Part shown: positions 52,901 through 62,968 of the stretch, one piece after another
How positions within the stretch are numbered: the stretch's first letter is position 1
Layout: the number at the start of each line of letters is the position of its first letter
Origin: Thiomicrorhabdus sp.
GTDB lineage: Bacteria > Pseudomonadota > Gammaproteobacteria > Thiomicrospirales > Thiomicrospiraceae
Length of the DNA stretch: 64,000 nt
NCBI RefSeq assembly: GCF_963677875.2
Contig: NZ_CAXXLT010000001.1
Location: 139,838-203,837, forward strand
Reading direction: 5' to 3'
Program-made: the position numbers and the translations under genes
Notes under the pieces: generated by a model
Told to the model about the DNA's origin: nothing
Database searches by the model: none
The model's input: only the letters and a program-made list of their open reading frames with translations

Positions 52901-52926
52901 CAGGAGTGCTGAATTCAGCACTCCTG
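52901..52926. repeat. 26-bp perfect palindrome between convergent genes
   Basis: CAGGAGTGCTGAA|TTCAGCACTCCTG, i.e. 13 + 13 bp centred on GAATTC. There is no flanking T-run on either strand. Confidence 0.6.
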
Positions 52927-52991
52927 TGCCTAAAGCATCAATCATCGAAACACCGATAATCGAAGTACATCAAATAACCGATAAACACCGG

Positions 52992-54698
52992 TCACATCAG
53001 CATAGATTCCTTATGCCCCTTCAAGCTGCGGTAAATTTCCAACATTGCCTGATGACGCTTGCTATTGGTAAAAATCGCCTCGCCAAGATCTGCCGACCAG
53101 AAGATTTCCTCACCATTCAGATTTTTTAGCGCTTTTGCGCTCAAATCGCTGCCGAATAGAGGCGCCAGACCGCTGTGCAGTTCCTCGCCTTCTTGAGCGC
53201 ATTCCAAGGCATAGACCAATGCCTGATAGACGGGAAACCACTGGCTTTCAGCTGAAATAAAATAACCGATATCACGACCAAGATCGAGTGCGTCTTCCTG
53301 CTCGACAGCCGCAAGACAACACCAGAATTTCAGTTGAATCACATTCAAATGCGCCCAGAAACTTTCTGGATCCGGCATTAAACCGATAATGGAAACAATC
53401 CCCTGATGATCACTGTATCCGACCTCGTCAAGCCAGTCGACCAGTTGCATGAAGTTCTGTTTTTCCGGCAGCTCGATCAGCATCCGGCGCAGATGTCGTC
53501 CCTGATTCTGATTCGAATGCAGCAGTTCGTCGGCAGGATAGACTTCCGACATGCCCGGCACAATGATCCGACAGGTTTCAAAACCGAATTGAGTATAATT
53601 AGCGCTATAGACCTCATAACCCAATTCGTGAACTGTCCGGCATAAAGCCGCCCATTGCTGACCCGTGTCGCCGGAAAAATCCCATGGCGTGAATTCATAA
53701 TCATAACGATCACTGATAAAACGCGCATGGATCCAGCCGCTGGAGTCGATAAAATGGTTCTCAAGATTCTCGGCCGAGGCGACGGCTTCTTCGTCAAATA
53801 CCGGTAACTGAAAACCATCCAATTCACCAAGCTTTCTTCCCTGAAGAGACTCGGTTAAGGTACGCTCCAGAGCGACTTCGAACATCGGATGGGCGCCAAA
53901 CGAAGCAAAGCACCGCCCATATCTCTGCTCAAACAGCGTTACATTCACTACCGGAAAACGACCACCTAGCGAAGCGTCTCTGACAGAGACGTCAATTCCT
54001 TCTTCTTTAAGGGCGCGAATCGCTTCGCAGACATTCGGATATTGTTCAAGCACGGAATCCGGTATTTCGGGCAGACAGAGATTTTCCTGCAAAATGGTGT
54101 TTTTCACCCAGCGTTCGAAGATTTCCGACAAGCCCTGAACCTGAGCTTCCAATGCAGTGTTTCCCGCCGACAAGCCGTTACTGGCATAGAGATTACTCAA
54201 CAGATTCATCGGAAAGTAGACCGTTTCTCCACTGGATTCGGCAAGCATCGGAAGCGCACGAATAAAAGGACTGTGATCATTAAAACTCAGCAGGTCGTCC
54301 CAGTTCAGCTCATGCTGTTCGTCATAAAGCTTCCATAAACCGGGCGTCAGACATAAACGCCAATCGTCTTCATCAAACCGCTTTTCCTGAGGGTAATAGA
54401 GCCACTCATCCTGCTGCTCCATCAACCAGTAGTCGGAGAAAAAATAATTGGTTGATAAGCGCTCAAGAAACTCCCCTAGGGCACTGGCCAGGGTTGCTTT
54501 TTCGCTGGCCCCTTTTCCATTTGTAAACAGACCTGGACAGTGTTCATCGTAAATATGCAATGAATGAATATAAGGCACCGGATTCAGATGTGCTTTGTCA
54601 TTAATGCGGAACCCCAGCCCCTGAAGAATTGACTGCATCCGTGCAATCGAACTTTCCAGACACTCGTCTTTTCCCTTGATATAAGTTAACTCACTCAT
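52992..54698 (-). CDS. ycaO: YcaO protein (E. coli-type, S12 beta-methylthiolation accessory factor)
   Basis: 568 aa. The N-terminus is collinear with E. coli YcaO (IKGKDECLESSIARMQSIL..LGF, FTNGKGASEKATLASALGEFLERLSTNYFF). Confidence 0.9.
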   Translation of the reverse strand: MSELTYIKGKDECLESSIARMQSILQGLGFRINDKAHLNPVPYIHSLHIYDEHCPGLFTNGKGASEKATLASALGEFLERLSTNYFFSDYWLMEQQDEWLYYPQEKRFDEDDWRLCLTPGLWKLYDEQHELNWDDLLSFNDHSPFIRALPMLAESSGETVYFPMNLLSNLYASNGLSAGNTALEAQVQGLSEIFERWVKNTILQENLCLPEIPDSVLEQYPNVCEAIRALKEEGIDVSVRDASLGGRFPVVNVTLFEQRYGRCFASFGAHPMFEVALERTLTESLQGRKLGELDGFQLPVFDEEAVASAENLENHFIDSSGWIHARFISDRYDYEFTPWDFSGDTGQQWAALCRTVHELGYEVYSANYTQFGFETCRIIVPGMSEVYPADELLHSNQNQGRHLRRMLIELPEKQNFMQLVDWLDEVGYSDHQGIVSIIGLMPDPESFWAHLNVIQLKFWCCLAAVEQEDALDLGRDIGYFISAESQWFPVYQALVYALECAQEGEELHSGLAPLFGSDLSAKALKNLNGEEIFWSADLGEAIFTNSKRHQAMLEIYRSLKGHKESMLM

Positions 54699-54873
54699 TT
54701 TTCACTCCGTTATAGCGTCCTGCCCACTTTAGTTCATCAAGGAGCAAACACCTATAAATTTCGATTATGCAATAAATTGGTTCTTCGCATGAACAAGTAA
54801 TTTTTACTCCAATTCATGCGGGAAAATCAGTAGAATCGATTCTGACCCATTCCTTTACTTTGAGGCTATTTTT

Positions 54874-55149
54874 ATGAAAAACAAAACTCTTCCGCTGGTA
54901 TTAGGATTAACACTGATATCCTCCTTAAGCGTTGCGGCCCCTCATCCCGGCAAAGAACTTCATGAAGCTGCCGATTGCATGAAATGCCATACCGCCAAAC
55001 CTTACAGTCCGGAAAAAACCACCAGTTTTCCCAAACTGGTAAAAATGGTCGGATTCTGCAACGATAACCTTAACGTCGGCATGTTCGAAGACGAAGTCGA
55101 ACAGCTTGCTGATTATCTGAACCAGACCTACTATCATTTCCCGAAATAA
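54874..55149 (+). CDS. small periplasmic monohaem cytochrome c-like protein
   Basis: 91 aa. Signal peptide and a single CMKCH haem-binding motif. Confidence 0.72.
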   Translation: MKNKTLPLVLGLTLISSLSVAAPHPGKELHEAADCMKCHTAKPYSPEKTTSFPKLVKMVGFCNDNLNVGMFEDEVEQLADYLNQTYYHFPK

Positions 55150-55180
55150 GGTTGAAAAATTTTCATCCGCACACAAAATT

Positions 55181-55206
55181 AAGGCCCTTTCATCAGGGCC
55201 TTTTCA
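55181..55206. terminator. bidirectional Rho-independent terminator
   Basis: AAGGCCCT-ttcatc-AGGGCCTT stem followed by TTTT; AAAATT precedes it on the other strand. Confidence 0.65.
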
Positions 55207-55240
55207 TTATGCTCGCTTATGGTATTTCAGTACCGTGTTC

Positions 55241-56131
55241 TTATTTATCCCGTTGCAAATTGGCAAGCTGTTGCTTCAGACGGTCGATTTGATCCTGTCC
55301 GGCACGCTCGATGCCTTCTTCGTATAGCTGATTCTGCGCATCGGAGATTGCCTTATCAATCGCATGGATCAAAAAATACTCACGGGTACTTTGATTAATG
55401 CTTTTCCAATCGCGCTCTTTGCTTTTCCAAAGTGTTTGCAGACGTGAATCCTCGGCAAACAGTTCGCGGATATGTGCCAGCAACCGGTTTAAATGCGGTA
55501 TGGTTTCAAACGCATAATACGGTCGACTGTTTTCTCCATAAAAACTCTGTCGATCCAGAATGGCAATATCCAGTGCCGGCCATAAGGCTTCAAGACCAAC
55601 TGCCTTGGCTTCTCGCTTGGCATTTTCCAGGCGATCCACCGTCATCATCGGCGCATCCGATTCCCAGCGCCCGAAAGCAATCGCCAGATTATACCGCTCG
55701 ATGAAGTAGTGCTTGCCATAATCCAGTTTTAGTACATCCTTGGCCTTAACGACATAATCCAGATCAGCATTATCCAAGCTGGTGGTATCTTTCCAGGCTT
55801 GCCAGCCATTGCCCAGCCCCTGATCTTGTCCAGTACCAGGATCACCCTTCAACATCGGAACACAAGACAGACCATAGTCGTGGCCATGAACATATTCAGA
55901 CACGGAAATGCGATAATCCCCATTCGGCATTACCTTCAGGATATTGCCGATAATAAATGCATCACTGTCGATATCGGCCGCGGGAAAGCCCACAAATATC
56001 GTTTCCCCCACCTTGAAATCGGCAGCTTGAAGCGAACCGTGCCAACCCATGCTTAACACGACCAAACCGACATTGAGCGCTTTAAATCCGCGCCATGTTT
56101 CTATAAAAAGCCCACTCATTTTTTTCAGCAT
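55241..56131 (-). CDS. hypothetical secreted protein
   Basis: 296 aa. N-terminal hydrophobic signal-like segment (LNVGLVVLSMGWHGSLQA) and a helical C-terminus. No family recognised. Confidence 0.6.
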   Translation of the reverse strand: MLKKMSGLFIETWRGFKALNVGLVVLSMGWHGSLQAADFKVGETIFVGFPAADIDSDAFIIGNILKVMPNGDYRISVSEYVHGHDYGLSCVPMLKGDPGTGQDQGLGNGWQAWKDTTSLDNADLDYVVKAKDVLKLDYGKHYFIERYNLAIAFGRWESDAPMMTVDRLENAKREAKAVGLEALWPALDIAILDRQSFYGENSRPYYAFETIPHLNRLLAHIRELFAEDSRLQTLWKSKERDWKSINQSTREYFLIHAIDKAISDAQNQLYEEGIERAGQDQIDRLKQQLANLQRDK

Positions 56132-56250
56132 TATTTGTTGTCCTTTAAACCGGGAAGATTATTCCCAAGAGATGCGAATCCATACAATGACCGCTTATGA
56201 TAAAGCAACCACCGATTCGGTGTCTTGAAGAACCTTGACAATCCGCTCGT

Positions 56251-56697
56251 TCAAGCCGGTGTTTTCACCGCCAGCACATCGCATTTAGACTGTTGCATAA
56301 CGGCATTGGTTGTCGAACCAATCAGGCGTTTCCAGCCTGTCACCCCGTGATACCCCATCACGATTAAGTCGGCGGAAGACTGTTCGGCATATTCCAGAAT
56401 TTCAGTCGCCGGATACCCCTCCAGAGTCCGAAAGGCATCCGCCTTGTATCTCCGTGCCAGTTCGGCAAGTTTTTCCTCCGAACGGGAAACCCATTCAGCG
56501 GTAATTTCATCATCCCAGATACCAGGCATGCCCGTGACGGCGATGTCTTCCAGCACCGGATAAGTTGGCGCTTCCACAATATGAACCAAAGTCAATTGAC
56601 TTGCCTCGTTCTGAATCAAAGCTCGGGCACGCATGATTGCCTGAATGCTGGACGGAGAGAAATCAACCGCAACCAGTACCTGTTGATAAAGCGCCAT
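56251..56697 (-). CDS. universal stress protein (UspA family)
   Basis: 148 aa. VLVAVDFS N-terminus and the C-terminal ATP-binding-type segment GYHGVTGWKRLIGSTTNAV. Confidence 0.86.
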   Translation of the reverse strand: MALYQQVLVAVDFSPSSIQAIMRARALIQNEASQLTLVHIVEAPTYPVLEDIAVTGMPGIWDDEITAEWVSRSEEKLAELARRYKADAFRTLEGYPATEILEYAEQSSADLIVMGYHGVTGWKRLIGSTTNAVMQQSKCDVLAVKTPA

Positions 56698-56848
56698 ACT
56701 TACTTCTCCTCTTTAAAAGCGGGCTGTTCCTCTTATTCACAATTACTGTGGATAAGTGTGTGTGTAATAAAATGGTAACCGAAAAAAAGCCAATAAAGTC
56801 TTGAACTTCTCAACACCTGATTACTTTTTAAGCAATCGGGCAGACACC

Positions 56849-57565
56849 TCAGGAAAAGTGCCTTGCCTTGCGCTCTTCAAGGGTTTCAGCGACCTTATTT
56901 CGCAAGTAAACTGGTGCCGGAATCTGCTGTTCAAGCGCTTGAGCCTGATCGAGTTTCTTCAAGGCAAGCCGGCAAATTCCCGAGGCATGTGGTAGGAATT
57001 CGATCCATTCCCGACTCTTTTCCGCCAGCAGAGGATAGGTTTGCGCCACGTCCCCGACACCAATCTCCGAAGAAGATAAAGCCGCTGACGCCGATTCAGG
57101 AGACAGCAACCGAACCTCTTGGGCCTGCCAATCGTTCGATTGCGCATCGAAACACCCCTTCTGCACATAAACTTCATCCATTCTCGCATCCAGCAAAGCA
57201 CACCACTCGATCGCCTCAGAACGCTCTTGAATACTCTTTGAGCGCTCTTCGAGTGCGCTGAAAGCCATCGCTTCAAGAGAGGAAACAGCAATCACCGGGC
57301 ATTGCCAGCCAAGAGCCAACCCCTGAATCACTCCGGCAGCAATGCGAATGCCGGTAAAGGCTCCAGGCCCTTCACCGTAAGCCAAAGCCGTCAGCTGACC
57401 AGGGTCAAGCGCAGATTCAGCCAGGATTTCATCAACCATTTCCAACACCCTGTGCGCATGTTTCTGCGGCAGAATTTCGTGGCGAACATAAAGCCTGTCA
57501 CCATCCAGAAGAGCAACCGAGCAGGCCGCCGTTGAGGTATCAATCCCTAAAATACGGGTTGTCAT
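56849..57565 (-). CDS. tsaB: tRNA t6A biosynthesis protein TsaB
   Basis: 238 aa. ILGIDTSTAACSVAL N-terminus and GPGAFTGIRI motif. A strong AAGGAGAG RBS sits in the 18-nt gap after the frame-corrected helicase stop. Confidence 0.9.
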   Translation of the reverse strand: MTTRILGIDTSTAACSVALLDGDRLYVRHEILPQKHAHRVLEMVDEILAESALDPGQLTALAYGEGPGAFTGIRIAAGVIQGLALGWQCPVIAVSSLEAMAFSALEERSKSIQERSEAIEWCALLDARMDEVYVQKGCFDAQSNDWQAQEVRLLSPESASAALSSSEIGVGDVAQTYPLLAEKSREWIEFLPHASGICRLALKKLDQAQALEQQIPAPVYLRNKVAETLEERKARHFS

Positions 57566-57583
57566 TGCCGTTTCTCTCCTTTC

Positions 57584-59552
57584 TTATTTCACTTTCTCGG
57601 ATGACTTGTTCGTCAGCATTTTCAGAGCCAAATCGGCTTCATATACCCAGGGAAAATCCGGCAGACTGTCACGAATAACATTTCCGTATCCTTTGGTGGA
57701 TAACCGGGGATCGCACAACATCAGCACGCCACTGTCGCCTAGATCGCGAATCAGACGACCAGCCCCCTTGTTTCATGGCAATTACCGCTTCAGGTAATTG
57801 AAAATGCACAAAACCGTTTAAACCTTTTTCCTTCAAATAGGCTTCCCGTGCCTGAACGATCGGATCGTCAGGAGGTGCGAAAGGGATTCGATCTATGACA
57901 ACCAGCTTCAGAGCATCCCCTTTTACATCAACCCCTTCCCAGAAACTGCTGGTTCCAAGGAGAATCGCATGCTCACTCTCCTTGAAACGCTGTAAAAGAC
58001 TCAATTTTGGTAGATCCCCCTGAACCAGCAATTTGCCTTTCCAGTGGGCATGAAGAATCGCTTTTGCTTCCTGCATTGCCTTATGGCTGGTAAACAGCAT
58101 AAAGGCTCGCCCTTGCGCAGCCTTGAGAAGTGGCCAGGCCGCTCTCAAACAGATTTTGATGTAATCCGGATTACGCGGTTCCGGCAAGCCGATCGGATGA
58201 TAGATCAATCCCTGAGTTTGATAGTCAAACGGGCTGGCCCAATTCACGGTCCTGGCATCGTCAAGCCCCAAACGTTTGGCGAAATAGTCGAATTGCCCGC
58301 GGACACTCAGGGTCGCCGAGGTAAACAACCAGGCTCCACCAATTTCTTCTCTCTGTCGACTGAAAGCCGCAGCGACGTTCAATGGGGTTAAAAACAAGCG
58401 AAAGCGGGCTTGGGAAGATTCGATCCAGCGCACATTATTTTCCGACTGGCTGTTGTGCCACTCTTTTAACTGTACGGTAAATTCTTTGCAGCGCTTGTGA
58501 ACCGCACTCAATTGCTTTCCACGCTCCTCAACCGACTTCAAAGCATCGGTTACGGAATCCATGACTGCAAGCATGCGCTTGAACACCTTTTGAAAAGCCG
58601 TTTCGCTTTCCAGCTGCTTCCAGGTCCAGCGTTTTTCCCATTTACCGAGCGCTTGGTTCAGAGCCAGTAACTGATCGGCAATCTTATCCGCCAAATCGGA
58701 CAATTGTTTGGATTCCGGTGCTTCCAGACTTTGTGCCTGTTTGATATCACGCACCAGTTCTTCCAGTTGAGAGCGACTTAGAGAAAACCCCAAAAACTGG
58801 GCGGCAATATCCGGCAATTGATGCGCCTCGTCAAAGACATATACATCCGCTTCGGGAAGCAGCTCACCAAAACCCTGTTCTCGCAAAGCCAGATCCGCAC
58901 AGAACAGGTGATGATTGACTACCAGCACCTGAGCCTCTGCGGCTTTTTGTTTCGCCTGAGGATAAAAGCAACCGCCGTCAGCACTGCATTCGGCCGACTG
59001 GCAGAACTCCATTCTTGCCGAAACCTTGCGCCAGATCGGATCATCTTCAGCCACGGAATCCAGTTCCGAACGATCACCGATCAGGGTTTTGTCTTCAACC
59101 CATTCACGAATGTTCGCGAGCTTTTTCCAGTCCTCTCGGCTGTGCTGCTCGACCGTCTCCGCAATTTCCAAACGCTGCGGGCACACATAATTGTCTCGCC
59201 CTTTGAATAATCGCGCTTTAGCGGTTATGGAACAGGCTTTCATCAAAACCGGCAAATCTTTCTGAATAAGTTGTTCCTGCAAAGTTTTAGTCGCCGTAGA
59301 CAAAATGACTTTTTTTCCGGACAGGAGCGCAGGAATCAAATAGGCGAACGTTTTGCCGGTTCCGGTTCCGGCTTCGGCTAAAAGCGTCGCACCCTGTTCA
59401 ATCGTGTCGACAATCTCCAAAGCCATGTCAATCTGAGCGTCACGTGGTGCATACCCGGAGATGGCTTTCTCCAGAGTACCTCCCGCGCCCAATGCCTTTC
59501 GCACCGATTCCGCCAGCGTTTCACCGGATTTCTTTTTCTTCGCAGACTGCAT
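57584..59552 (-). pseudogene. DinG/YoaA-family Fe-S ATP-dependent DNA helicase interrupted by a 1-nt insertion
   Basis: Walker A AGTGTGKT, DEAH (VFDEAHQL) and four Fe-S cysteines. After ...LPEAVIAMKQG the frame is lost at C5 (57763-57767; G5 on the coding strand) and stops at 57669. Deleting one base restores AGRLIRDLGDSGVLMLCDPRL... down to a TAA at 57584. Confidence 0.85.
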
Positions 59553-59719
59553 GATGCCGTTATAATCTCTTTACTAAACCAGCGCATTATACGCTATTCG
59601 CGGTTTGTCTGGTGTGAGAGGCAGCAAGACTTAACCGCTTCAAATCTTGAAGAACAGGCCGCTTCCGTCCTGTCAAATCTACGGAAATCACACCGCATCA
59701 GACTTTCCACTTAAAAAGC

Positions 59720-59748
59720 TGGACAAAAACAGCCGCTCCGGCTATAAT
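59720..59748 (+). promoter_or_regulatory. sigma-70 promoter upstream of rpmJ
   Basis: TGGACA-17 nt-TATAAT, about 70 nt upstream of the rpmJ ATG. The leader can form a CAGGT...ACCTG hairpin. Confidence 0.5.
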
Positions 59749-59818
59749 CCGCGACTTCAAATATTTGAACCTAAGTCAGGTTGGTGTTGAATACCTGGCC
59801 ACTAAATGGATATATCTA

Positions 59819-59944
59819 ATGAAAATTCTATCTTCTTTGAAATCCGCTAAGACACGTCATAAAGACTGTCAAGTTGTTAAACGTCGCGGAAAAGTATACG
59901 TTATCAACAAAACAAACCCTAAGTTCAAAGCTCGTCAGCGTTAA
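59819..59944 (+). CDS. rpmJ: 50S ribosomal protein L36, zinc-independent (YkgO/type B) form
   Basis: It is missing from the ORF track (41 aa). The translation [41 protein letters not shown] is collinear with E. coli YkgO. It is followed by a strong terminator. Confidence 0.9.
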   Translation: MKILSSLKSAKTRHKDCQVVKRRGKVYVINKTNPKFKARQR

Positions 59945-59989
59945 TCTGATGATGCGCCCGGTAGAATCGATACGGGGCAACTAGGAAAA

Positions 59990-60021
59990 GAAAAAGGCGC
60001 ACTGATCATGCGCCTTTTTTA
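59990..60021. terminator. bidirectional Rho-independent terminator (rpmJ / cheV)
   Basis: AGGCGCA-ctgatca-TGCGCCT stem, flanked by A5 and T6. Confidence 0.8.
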
Positions 60022-60071
60022 TTGTCGGCTTTCAAATGATTTTTGAATGCCTCGGTTCTGGTAACCATCGG

Positions 60072-61055
60072 TTATTGATAATACCGCTGGTCTATTTGCT
60101 CGATGACCTGTGAAATCTGATCGGTATCCACCTTGCCGATAAAATAATCCGCGCCCATATCCAACACTTCACGAGTGTTGTTTTCACTGGTCATAGAAGT
60201 ATGCACAACAATTGGGAGATGACGTGTTTGCGGATTGCTTTTCAATTCTTTGATCACCGTATGCCCGGATGCAACCGGCATTTCCAAATCGGTAAAGACT
60301 GCGGAAACGAAATCAAGATTGTCTACAGAATTTATATAATCCAGTAACAAACGGCCATTATCAAAGCTTTTAAACTTCACTCCAAGCTCGGCAAACACCA
60401 TCGACATATACTGCTGGATCGCTTGGCTGTCTTCGGCAAACAGCACCGTTTTTTCCAGCATAACCGGGCTCAGATGAATTTCTTTTCCCTTTAATTCCTC
60501 AGTGCTGCCAAGAATTTTCCTGGCCATAGTCGGCATGGATTCGATCAGCAATTTTTCGATATCCAGTACAAAACACAGCGTTTCACTGTCATCCAGATAG
60601 GTATGATTGACGATTTGATTACGATTTACATCGACATTGTAATTCCCGGCCGGATGAATATCCGACCAGTCCTTTTCTTCAACACCGTGAATATAGGCGA
60701 CCCTCAAACCGACCAGATGATGACTGAAGTCGGAAACGATGATAATCGACTTCTCACGTTCATCGTCCGTCATCGGAAATCCCATCCATTTCGGTAAATC
60801 GATTACCGGAAGATAGGTGCCGCGCAGTTCAATCATCCCCTCGATCAAATCATTGGAATCCGGCACGTGCGATAAGGGATAAGCCCGCCCTTCAAGAACC
60901 TCGCGGACTTTAAACACATTCATACCGTAATAAGCCGGCACACGCCCCACATGAGGAAACTGCACCTGAAAAACCATTAAGCTCATTTGATTGTTTTTGC
61001 TTAATTGAGCTGTTTTTTCAATCTGATCCAGTGAGGAAGACATAGACAATGACAT
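60072..61055 (-). CDS. cheV: chemotaxis protein CheV (CheW domain + receiver domain)
   Basis: 327 aa. The N-terminal CheW-like domain includes YGMNVFKVREV. The C-terminal REC domain has FAEDS..., FTDLEMP (phospho-Asp) and a conserved Lys region. Confidence 0.88.
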   Translation of the reverse strand: MSLSMSSSLDQIEKTAQLSKNNQMSLMVFQVQFPHVGRVPAYYGMNVFKVREVLEGRAYPLSHVPDSNDLIEGMIELRGTYLPVIDLPKWMGFPMTDDEREKSIIIVSDFSHHLVGLRVAYIHGVEEKDWSDIHPAGNYNVDVNRNQIVNHTYLDDSETLCFVLDIEKLLIESMPTMARKILGSTEELKGKEIHLSPVMLEKTVLFAEDSQAIQQYMSMVFAELGVKFKSFDNGRLLLDYINSVDNLDFVSAVFTDLEMPVASGHTVIKELKSNPQTRHLPIVVHTSMTSENNTREVLDMGADYFIGKVDTDQISQVIEQIDQRYYQ

Positions 61056-61122
61056 GAAACTCTCCTTAGCTATTAGCTAAGATAACGGCAGAAAGCCTGA
61101 AACTTAACCACCTTTTATCCGC

Positions 61123-61782
61123 CTATAAAGGCTGAGGCCGTTCTTCCAAAAGAGTCTTCACCGGTTTGAAGCTGCGACGGTAACCATTCAATAAACCATG
61201 TTCTCGGATGGCACGCAAATGCTGGGGGGTAGGATAGCCTTTATGGCTGGCAAAGCCATACTGCGGGTAGGATTCGTGCAAAATCAGCATCTGGCGATCT
61301 CGATGCACTTTTGCGAGAATGGAGGCGGCACTGATTTCCGGGATTTTATCATCCCCCTTCACCACTGCCTGGCAAGGGTGTGCAACATCCGGACAGCGAT
61401 TGCCATCGACATACAAACGTTCAAAATGATGCTTCGATGCAAGCTTGGTAATTGCTCTTTTCATTGCCAGCATCGAGGCGTGCAGAATATTCAGTTGATC
61501 GATTTCTTCCGGAGAAGCAACTTCGATCGCATAGGCAACAGCATGGCGCTTGATCTCTTCCGATAACTGCTCGCGTTTTTTTTCCGACAATTTTTTGGAA
61601 TCACGTAAAGGCAGATCACATCCGGCGGGAAGGATAACGGCAGAGGCGACAACATCGCCAATCAACGGGCCACGACCGACTTCGTCAACCCCAATGGTCA
61701 CCCCATCCAAACAGGGAAAGGGATTCAGCGAATCCAGATCAAAAAGCGTTGCCTGCTTTTTCAGCAGGTCATTTTTTTTCAT
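61123..61782 (-). CDS. rnhB: ribonuclease HII
   Basis: 219 aa. [10 protein letters not shown] and DSKKLS motifs. Confidence 0.94.
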   Translation of the reverse strand: MKKNDLLKKQATLFDLDSLNPFPCLDGVTIGVDEVGRGPLIGDVVASAVILPAGCDLPLRDSKKLSEKKREQLSEEIKRHAVAYAIEVASPEEIDQLNILHASMLAMKRAITKLASKHHFERLYVDGNRCPDVAHPCQAVVKGDDKIPEISAASILAKVHRDRQMLILHESYPQYGFASHKGYPTPQHLRAIREHGLLNGYRRSFKPVKTLLEERPQPL

Positions 61783-62968
61783 TCAATTCAGCCCAGTCCA
61801 GCACAGCTTGAGTGGCCAAGCTTGAGGCATCACAATTCAAAGCCCGATATTGTTTTTCAAACGCCACCAACTGCTTTTCCCGCAAAACATCATCCTCAAT
61901 CAAGCGTTTCAATTCACGATAGATGTTTCCCGCACTGGCTTGATCCTGTATCAATTCGCTCACCAATGTTTCCTGAGCCAGTACATTCGGCAAACCAATC
62001 CAGTTTGTCGTCGACAAACGCTTCATAATCCAGTGGGTAATCGGATGCAATTTGATTGCCAAAAGCAACGGACGCCGCATCAATGCGCATTCAAGCGTCG
62101 CCGTTCCGGAAGTGACCAGTGCCTGATCACACGCTTCCAACGCCAGTTGAGACTGGCCGTCTAAAAAAAGAACAGACAGGTTCGGCGCACATTGACCAAG
62201 GATTTCTTGTAATCGTTTTTTAGCGCCTGCATGCACACAAGGTACAACGAACTGCATCTGCGGAAAATCCTTCTGTAACAGCTCGGCAGCCAAAAAGTAA
62301 GGTTCCGCCATTTGCTCGATTTCGCTCATTCTCGAACCCGGGAGAATTGCGGTTACCTCTGCGGATAAGCCCATTTTCAGCTGCTGTTTTGCCCGCTCTT
62401 TATCGGGAAATTCAGGCACCTGATTTGCCAAAGGATGACCGACAAATCTCGACGCAATTCCATAACGATCGTAATACGGAGTTTCAAACGGGAACAGAAC
62501 CAAGACACCATCAACGGCTTGTTTAATTTTCAGGAGACGCTTTTCGCGCCAGGCCCAGACAGATGGCCCCACATAATGAACGGTCGGAATTCCGACTTCT
62601 TTTAAGCGTTTTTCAACGGTAAAGTTAAAATCCGGGGCATCCACACCGATAAAGACATCCGGACGAGTTTCGATCAATCGCTGAACAAGCTGTCTGCGTA
62701 AACGCAACAATTCCGGCAAACGTTTCAAAACTTCAAAGAACCCCATAACCGACAAGCGCTCCATCGGAAACCAGGAATCCAAGCCCTGCTCTTGCATTTT
62801 CGGTCCGCCGATACCGATAAATCTTGCCTTAGGAAAACGTTTCTTAAGACCCCTTATCAGGTCAGCCCCCAGAGTATCGCCAGAAGCTTCACCCGCAACC
62901 AGAGCGATCACGGGTGAAGGCAATTTTGAAAGGGAAATAGAATGATCCGTGTTATCGGACAATGCCAC
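61769..62968 (-). CDS. lpxB: lipid-A-disaccharide synthase
   Basis: 399 aa. VAGEASGD N-terminal motif. It lies in lpxA-lpxB-rnhB order with overlapping ends. Confidence 0.94.
   Translation of the reverse strand: MALSDNTDHSISLSKLPSPVIALVAGEASGDTLGADLIRGLKKRFPKARFIGIGGPKMQEQGLDSWFPMERLSVMGFFEVLKRLPELLRLRRQLVQRLIETRPDVFIGVDAPDFNFTVEKRLKEVGIPTVHYVGPSVWAWREKRLLKIKQAVDGVLVLFPFETPYYDRYGIASRFVGHPLANQVPEFPDKERAKQQLKMGLSAEVTAILPGSRMSEIEQMAEPYFLAAELLQKDFPQMQFVVPCVHAGAKKRLQEILGQCAPNLSVLFLDGQSQLALEACDQALVTSGTATLECALMRRPLLLAIKLHPITHWIMKRLSTTNWIGLPNVLAQETLVSELIQDQASAGNIYRELKRLIEDDVLREKQLVAFEKQYRALNCDASSLATQAVLDWAELNEKK

Noticed and set aside
56746-56754. Perfect DnaA-box 9-mer (TGTGGATAA = TTATCCACA) in the uspA/tsaB intergenic region.
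   Set aside because: It is a single box with no cluster, no AT-rich 13-mers and no dnaA/dnaN nearby. One perfect 9-mer is expected by chance about 0.5 times in 64 kb on both strands, and the window contains dif (the terminus), not the origin.
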